Shown here: in pieces, positions 58,546 to 64,000 of the stretch
Numbering within the stretch: position 1 is the first letter of the stretch
Layout: each line of letters starts with the position of its first letter
NCBI GenBank assembly: GCA_963789395.1
Contig: CAWBKP010000019.1
Location: 1-64,000, forward strand
Reading direction: 5' to 3'
DNA length: 64,000 nucleotides
Source of the DNA: an uncultured delta proteobacterium
GTDB taxonomy: Bacteria; Desulfobacterota; Desulfobacteria; Desulfobacterales; Desulfatirhabdiaceae
Notes under the pieces: model-generated
What the model was told of the DNA's origin: nothing
Databases searched by the model: none
The model's input: the letters and a program-made list of their open reading frames with translations, nothing else
Program-made: the position numbers and the translations under genes

Positions 58546-60126
58546 TTATTTAGCGGTTTGCAAGACTCCGGCTTCCGCGATCTCTTTTTCGAACTGATTG
58601 GCGGTTTCGGCAAATTCCGCGGCCATGTTCGCGGCCAGGGTTTTTAAAAGCAGTCTGTTCGGGTCAATGCCGATTTGTTTGAGCATGTTCTTCAGATGCG
58701 CCGTGCGCCGTGCAGCCAGAACATTTCCCCGCTCCGAATGGCAGTTGCCTTCATGACAGGTAAGCACCAGAACACCGTCTGCCCGATGCCGAAAGGCGGC
58801 CAGGAGATATTCCGCGGAAATGCAGCCTGAGCAGGGCACTTCTATGACGGAAAGCCTTTTGGGAAGTTTCAGTCCCGCAAGGGTGGCCATTTCTTTGGCG
58901 CGGCCTGCGGACCGGCTGCAGCAGAAGGCAACCAGAAATGGGGACAAGGAAGCGGTATCGTGGGAAGCCGGCTGAAGACGATCCGAAACCGTCTGGATGT
59001 CCAGATCGTCAATGCGGATGGCTTTTGCAGGGCATTCCGCTGCGCACATGCCGCAGCGTTCGCAGGCGTCCGCTATCACAACCGGCCGGGTGTTAAGCGT
59101 AATGGCGTGATAGGGGCAAAGCCTGAAACAGGTCAGGCATCGGACGCAGGCGCCGGCATTGATTTCCGCCTTGTTGCCGGGGGGTGTCAGCGCTTCTTTT
59201 GCCTGCGAAAGCAGGGTGATGACGGTTTCCTGAATTTCGGCCTGTTGGGCTGAAGGCGACAGTATCCCCCGTGATGCACCGGCGGCCAGAATGCCCTTTC
59301 GGTTGGTGAATACGCTTAGCCGGTGGACATTATCCGACTGGATGTATCCGGCCGAATCCGTGTCCAGGCAGAAAACTGTGGCCAGTTCCTTCAGGTAGGG
59401 CGACGGGGAAATCGCTTCGTCCACTACCGTTAAGTCCGCTTCAATGGTGAACGGCAATCGGGTGATATCATCCATGAACGCGATGCTCACCTTTCCCGCC
59501 GCATCCTGTTGAAAGGTCGGAAGCGTATCCGTAAACTTGACAAAACCAACGCCGGCATCCCGTGTTTTTCGGTACAACGCTTCCATACCCGATGCCCCGA
59601 CCTTGAGATTCCGGGTAAGAATGATGGTTTTCATTCCCCTCTTTGTCTGAAGCTGCAAGACAGGACTCCATGGCGGTCTCAAGCACATGCGGACAACTTT
59701 CCTTTGCAAGACCGACGACAAAAACAGCCGTATTTCCCTACAACAGGTGCGGATCCGGTGCGCCGGAGGCAAATCAAGTCGTTTGCGGATTTCGGAAAGA
59801 GATACGACTGCCGGGCAGGGGCTCAGGCCGTAAAGGGAGAAAAGGGGGCTTTGAATGCCGTCCTCTGCGATGACGATATTTGCAAAGGTCAGGGCGGTGC
59901 TGCCGTGCGGTCGCGAGAGGACGACTTGAAAATTTCCCGCAGTACCTGTGCAGTGGTGTACGCGCGTTTCCGTAGAAACGTCAAACAGAGGGGCTGGATC
60001 ATTCATCACCGCAGCAGCCGATGCGTCCGGGGTCGCCAGCATAACCGGGCTGTTTTCGGACACCAGCGCTTTTGCAATTCCCAAGGCAACCGGCCCGTTT
60101 CCAAGAAGAAGCGTTCGTTCGTTCAA
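58546..60126 (-). CDS. HdrA/QmoB-like protein with a ferredoxin domain and C-terminal MvhD domain; apparent pair of compensating frameshifts at about 59655-59760
   Basis: TNRKGILAAG, CVRCLTCFRLCP, CERCGMCAAECP, AFCCSRSA, VPCSG, ADGVLVLTCHEGNCHSERG. Confidence 0.8.
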   Translation of the reverse strand: MNERTLLLGNGPVALGIAKALVSENSPVMLATPDASAAAVMNDPAPLFDVSTETRVHHCTGTAGNFQVVLSRPHGSTALTFANIVIAEDGIQSPLFSLYGLSPCPAVVSLSEIRKRLDLPPAHRIRTCCREIRLFLSSVLQRKVVRMCLRPPWSPVLQLQTKRGMKTIILTRNLKVGASGMEALYRKTRDAGVGFVKFTDTLPTFQQDAAGKVSIAFMDDITRLPFTIEADLTVVDEAISPSPYLKELATVFCLDTDSAGYIQSDNVHRLSVFTNRKGILAAGASRGILSPSAQQAEIQETVITLLSQAKEALTPPGNKAEINAGACVRCLTCFRLCPYHAITLNTRPVVIADACERCGMCAAECPAKAIRIDDLDIQTVSDRLQPASHDTASLSPFLVAFCCSRSAGRAKEMATLAGLKLPKRLSVIEVPCSGCISAEYLLAAFRHRADGVLVLTCHEGNCHSERGNVLAARRTAHLKNMLKQIGIDPNRLLLKTLAANMAAEFAETANQFEKEIAEAGVLQTAK

Positions 60127-60134
60127 ATATTCAC

Positions 60135-61174
60135 CTATATCCGTGAGGCGGTTTTCAGATAGAGAAAGATATCGCTGGCGGCTTTTCCGGCGCTGAGGAC
60201 CGATTCCGCGATGCTCATGGGCTCAAGGGCGGCCCTGCGGCAAATACGCCTTCCGGAAGCAAAACGGCTTCTTTCCGGGCATATCCTGAGCCATCCATAT
60301 CGATGTTCAGCATGGCAGCCAGATTCCGGGTGGATTCGGAAGGCATCAGACCGATGGAAAGGATTACCATATCAAAGACGGCTTCCTGATAAGCCTGCGT
60401 GTCCGGATCAAAATATGACAGCTTCAGCCGGTCATCCGCCGTCTTCAGCACGTCGGCCGGGATGGCCCGTATCATGTGAACCTGCTGCTGCGTATCGGCA
60501 TAATAGGTTTGAAAATTCTTTCCGAAATTCTGGACATCGATATAAAAAAAAGTGGCTTCCATTCCCGGCTGCCTGTTCTGAAGGCATCTTGCCATGCGAA
60601 GGGCCGCGCCGCAGCATATTTTTGAGCACCACAGATGATTCAGGCTGGAGTCTCTGCTTCCCACGCACTGGATAAAAGCCATGTTCCGGGGGGATTTTGC
60701 ATCGGACGGCCGTTTGACCATACCGCTTAGGCGCAGCATCCTGTCCAGTTCCAGGGATGTCAGCACGTTTTCGAACCGCCCGTATCCATAGGGTTTTTTT
60801 GCCGGATGAAAGGGGGCGAATCCGGAAGCCATCAGGATGGCATCCACCTCAATGCGATCTATCTGCCGGTCGTGCTTCAGGGTGACCTCAAAACGTTTTT
60901 GCCGGTCGATCTGATCGATACTGGTATTCAACTTCACCCGGATGTTGTCATCGCTGCTTGCCTGCCGGATTTTTTCTTCCACCATGCAGGCGCCGCAGGC
61001 AACACAGTGGTCTGTTGCCTTGCAGGACAGCTGGGCAGCGTGACCGCCCAGAGAGGCCGAATTTTCAACCAGTGTAACGGATGTGCCCAGTCTCGCCAGA
61101 TCAACGGCGGCACTAAGTCCGGAAATGCCGCCGCCGACCACCATAACCTGTTTATTGGATGAATTCACTTTCAA
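60135..61174 (-). CDS. Short HdrA/QmoA-like flavoprotein; frameshift near 60232
   Basis: VVGGGISGLSAA, LGGHA, CVACGAC, YGYG, FIQCVGSRD, WCSKICC, GVFAAG; continues PMSIAES to TAG 60135-60137. Confidence 0.8.
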
Positions 61175-61179
61175 TCTCC

Positions 61180-61683
61180 TCAGGCTGACGGCGGCAGAAT
61201 TTCTTGAAGTTCCTGCTGAATGTAAGCAGCCAGTGCTTCCGTATTTGCTTTGGAAATGGTGCCGATGCCGTTGGAGAGCTCCAGAACGTCATCTTCTTCC
61301 ATATCGGTTGTTTTATTGATCAGGAAAGCATCCACTTCTCCATCTTCCATGAGCAGTCCGCAGGCACCGACAGCGCCCACGAATTCGTCCCCGACAAATA
61401 TGGGAACTACAAGTTTGATCAAGCCGGCGTCGCATTCCTCGATTGCCGGCATGCGGGTTTGCATGGCCTGTACGGCAATGTTCATGTGGGCGACTGCGCA
61501 GATATAACTCTGGCCCTTGTCGATGGCCTTGACTGCCGGGCAGAGTCGGTTTACCCATTGCTTGTATTCCGTGATGCGGATGCCATCCGTATTGAAAACA
61601 TTGGCATCCATTCCGGATTTTTCATGAATACGCTTTTCAAACGCCGTCCATTTTTCGATGGGGGCAATATCGGTCAGCTTCAT
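61180..61683 (-). CDS. Stand-alone PocR ligand-binding domain protein
   Basis: NRLCPAVK...ICAVAH, EECDAGL.KLVVPIFV.DEFVG.VGACG. Confidence 0.7.
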   Translation of the reverse strand: MKLTDIAPIEKWTAFEKRIHEKSGMDANVFNTDGIRITEYKQWVNRLCPAVKAIDKGQSYICAVAHMNIAVQAMQTRMPAIEECDAGLIKLVVPIFVGDEFVGAVGACGLLMEDGEVDAFLINKTTDMEEDDVLELSNGIGTISKANTEALAAYIQQELQEILPPSA

Positions 61684-61852
61684 ATCGAGTCTCCGCCTTT
61701 TAAAATCACGATTATTTTTGAAAGCTATAGAAAAATGAATGCCGCCTGTCAATAAAAACCTGCCTTTACAAACGGCTATTTCAGTGTTAGATTTCAAACA
61801 ATTGAAAAACTTATTTCAGAAAGTTAACCGTCTGACACTGCAGGAGCCGAAA

Positions 61853-62296
61853 ATGGAATATATCAAAATTAAATTTGGAAGTGATTTTGACGCGGTAAGC
61901 TCCGGTTTCGAGAAATCCATGGATGGCATGTTCCGATCGATAAACCCGCTTTTTTCGCTGTGCGCCCGTGCCTGGAATCCCCAGATGGATATTTACGAAA
62001 CACAAGAAGAGATTATCATCCGTGCTGAAATTGCCGGCGTGGATAAGGACAATCTTGAAGTGGAGATCAACAGCAAAGCCGCCCGAATCCGGGGCAAGCG
62101 GACGGAAATGTCCCGCATCGAAAACGCCACCTACAGGCTTGCTGAAATTCAATACGGATGTTTTGAGCGCATTCTCTTTCTGCCCTCTCCGATTGATACG
62201 GAAATTGTCAGTGCGGCATATTTGAACGGCTTCCTGCAGATTCGGCTGGCCAAGCTGCCGGTCAATGTCGTTCATAAAATACCCATATCTGATTGA
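61853..62296 (+). CDS. Hsp20/alpha-crystallin small heat-shock protein
   Basis: WNPQMDIYET, AEIAGV, EIQYGCFER...LP, AAYLNGFLQIRL.K. Confidence 0.9.
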   Translation: MEYIKIKFGSDFDAVSSGFEKSMDGMFRSINPLFSLCARAWNPQMDIYETQEEIIIRAEIAGVDKDNLEVEINSKAARIRGKRTEMSRIENATYRLAEIQYGCFERILFLPSPIDTEIVSAAYLNGFLQIRLAKLPVNVVHKIPISD

Positions 62297-62420
62297 TAAT
62301 CTGTGGCCGACGTCATTCTGTGCGGTTTGAGGCAGTCTTGCAAAGCCAAAAAGCGCCTTTAAAGCCGTTCCGAATATATATTTTAAGTTATCATTTTAGA
62401 TTTTCCTTTGGAGGTAACCC

Positions 62421-64000
62421 ATGCCAGAACAGCAACCGCCCACGGAAACCATCGCGGAACCCATAACGGAAAACGTTGCGGACAAAAAAATGGAACTTCT
62501 GCCCATCCTGCCGCTATTTGATGCTGCCCTCTTTCCCAAAATGGTATTACCCCTTGTGGTGATGCAGGGAGAATCTGTGAAACTGGTTGATGAGGCCATG
62601 GCCAGTGATCGGCTGATCGGACTGGTGGTGTCTAAAAAAATTGCCAAGGAAAGCGCCAGTCCCGAAGAAGACCTGTATACGGTTGGAACCAGTGCCCTGA
62701 TTCTGAAAATGGCCAAAACCCAGGATAACCGGGCCCAACTGCTGGTTCAGGGGCTCAGCCGTTTCAAAATCCTTGAGTTCATGGACAGCAAACCTTACCT
62801 TCAGGCCAAGGTTGAGATGATTCCTGAAATAGAAACCAAGGATACGGAAACCGAAGCCCTGGTGTCCAATATCGTCAACCTGTTTGCGCGGATTGCCGAA
62901 CTGTCTCCCGGACTGCCGCCCGAAATCGGGGCAATGGCCAAATCCATAGCGGATCCGGGTACGCTGGCCGATATGATTGCCTCAACCATCAATTCCACGC
63001 CGGATGAAAAACAGAAAATTCTGGAGTTGATCGATATCAATGAACGGCTGAAAGAAGTCATGCGCATGGCCAGTCACCAGCTGGAAATCCTGGAACTCGG
63101 CAACAAGATTCAAAGCCAGGTCAAGGGAGACATGGACAAGAGCCAGCGCGAATATTACCTGCGTCAGCAGTTGAAGGCGATTCGAGAGGAGCTGGGTGAA
63201 AAAGAAGACTCCTCGGTCGAGCTGGATGATTACCGTAAAAAAATTGCGGAAAAAAATCTTCCGGAAGAGGCCGCCAAAGAGGCGCAACGGGAGCTGAACC
63301 GGCTATCCCGCATGCACCCCTCATCCGCGGAGTTTACCGTGGCATCCACGTATCTTGACTGGCTGACCTCCCTTCCCTGGCATGACAGCACGCCCGACAA
63401 CCTTGACATTAAAAAAGCCAGAAAGGTTCTGGATGATGACCATTTCGGCCTGGACAAAGCCAAAAATCGGATCATCGAATACCTGGCGGTACGAAAACTG
63501 AAACCCGATTCCAAAGGCCCGATTCTATGCTTTGCCGGTCCTCCGGGAACCGGCAAGACGTCTCTGGGGAACTCCATTGCCAATGCACTCGGCAGAAAGT
63601 TCCACCGCATTTCCCTTGGCGGCGTTCGCGATGAGGCGGAGATCCGCGGGCATCGGCGAACCTATGTGGGCGCGCTTCCGGGCCGGATCATACAGGGAAT
63701 CCGCCGGGCAGGCTCCAATAACCCCGTGTTCATGCTGGATGAAATCGATAAGGTCGGCAGCGACTTTCGGGGCGATCCGTCTTCCGCGCTTCTGGAAGTG
63801 CTGGATCCGGAACAGAATTTCAGCTTTTCGGATCATTACCTGGATGTGCCCTTCGATCTGTCGCATGTCATGTTCATTACCACGGCCAATGTGCTGGATA
63901 CCATTCCGCCGGCGCTGCGGGACAGAATGGAAGTTATCAACCTTCTTGGCTACACGGAAGATGAGAAAATCAAAATCGCCAACCGGTACCTGATTCCCCG
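62421..64000 (+). CDS. lon: Lon protease, 3' end beyond the window (absent from the ORF track)
   Basis: GGAGG SD, ATG 62421; LPILPL..AALFP, QREYYLRQQLKAI, DHFGL, LCFAGPPGTGKTS, RGHRRTYVGALPG, LDEIDK, LLEVLDPEQN. Confidence 0.95.
   Translation, partial: MPEQQPPTETIAEPITENVADKKMELLPILPLFDAALFPKMVLPLVVMQGESVKLVDEAMASDRLIGLVVSKKIAKESASPEEDLYTVGTSALILKMAKTQDNRAQLLVQGLSRFKILEFMDSKPYLQAKVEMIPEIETKDTETEALVSNIVNLFARIAELSPGLPPEIGAMAKSIADPGTLADMIASTINSTPDEKQKILELIDINERLKEVMRMASHQLEILELGNKIQSQVKGDMDKSQREYYLRQQLKAIREELGEKEDSSVELDDYRKKIAEKNLPEEAAKEAQRELNRLSRMHPSSAEFTVASTYLDWLTSLPWHDSTPDNLDIKKARKVLDDDHFGLDKAKNRIIEYLAVRKLKPDSKGPILCFAGPPGTGKTSLGNSIANALGRKFHRISLGGVRDEAEIRGHRRTYVGALPGRIIQGIRRAGSNNPVFMLDEIDKVGSDFRGDPSSALLEVLDPEQNFSFSDHYLDVPFDLSHVMFITTANVLDTIPPALRDRMEVINLLGYTEDEKIKIANRYLIP

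Noticed and set aside
60215..60217. TGA ending the HdrA-like track ORF as a third Sec codon
   Set aside because: It arises from a frameshift near 60232; the conserved PMSIAES continuation is in another frame.

Overview
64 kb chromosomal segment of a sulfate-reducing bacterium. DsrC, FlxABCD, AhbA and HdrA/HdrD-like genes point to Desulfobacterota, probably Desulfobacterales (inference). Many genes are broken by isolated indels, dense in the first 3 kb and scattered elsewhere, which looks like uncorrected long-read error rather than true pseudogenes. Content in order: flxD(mvhD)-flxC-flxB-flxA, dsrC, Fe-S protein and aldehyde:ferredoxin oxidoreductase; a housekeeping run (ahbA, NitT/TauT-type ABC, xerC, hslVU, argBDFGH, lysA, dapF, dapL, folK, tal/fsa, pgsA, tRNA-Gly, tRNA-Cys); an accessory stretch (42-aa TPR protein with an in-frame amber codon, FMN reductase, NapC/NirT tetraheme plus HAO-family octaheme cytochrome divergent from a CxxCH sensor kinase and OmpR regulator, reversed-order VapC toxin-antitoxin pair, ald); a long minus-strand run (plsB, MurU-AmgK fusion, tatD, ychJ, three glycosyltransferases, then an ABC importer whose permease is fused to a UbiA/MqnP prenyltransferase, ubiX, ubiD); an HdrA-like/HdrD-like operon; hsp20 and partial lon. 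Most notable: (1) the permease-prenyltransferase fusion within a candidate menaquinone-precursor import/salvage operon; (2) the octaheme/NapC module with a heme sensor and four helically phased GTAAA boxes; (3) two selenoproteins, each with an in-frame TGA and a SECIS-like hairpin, which the ORF track splits; (4) heptamer-periodic intergenic repeats. All family calls come from motif recognition by eye; no database searches were run.
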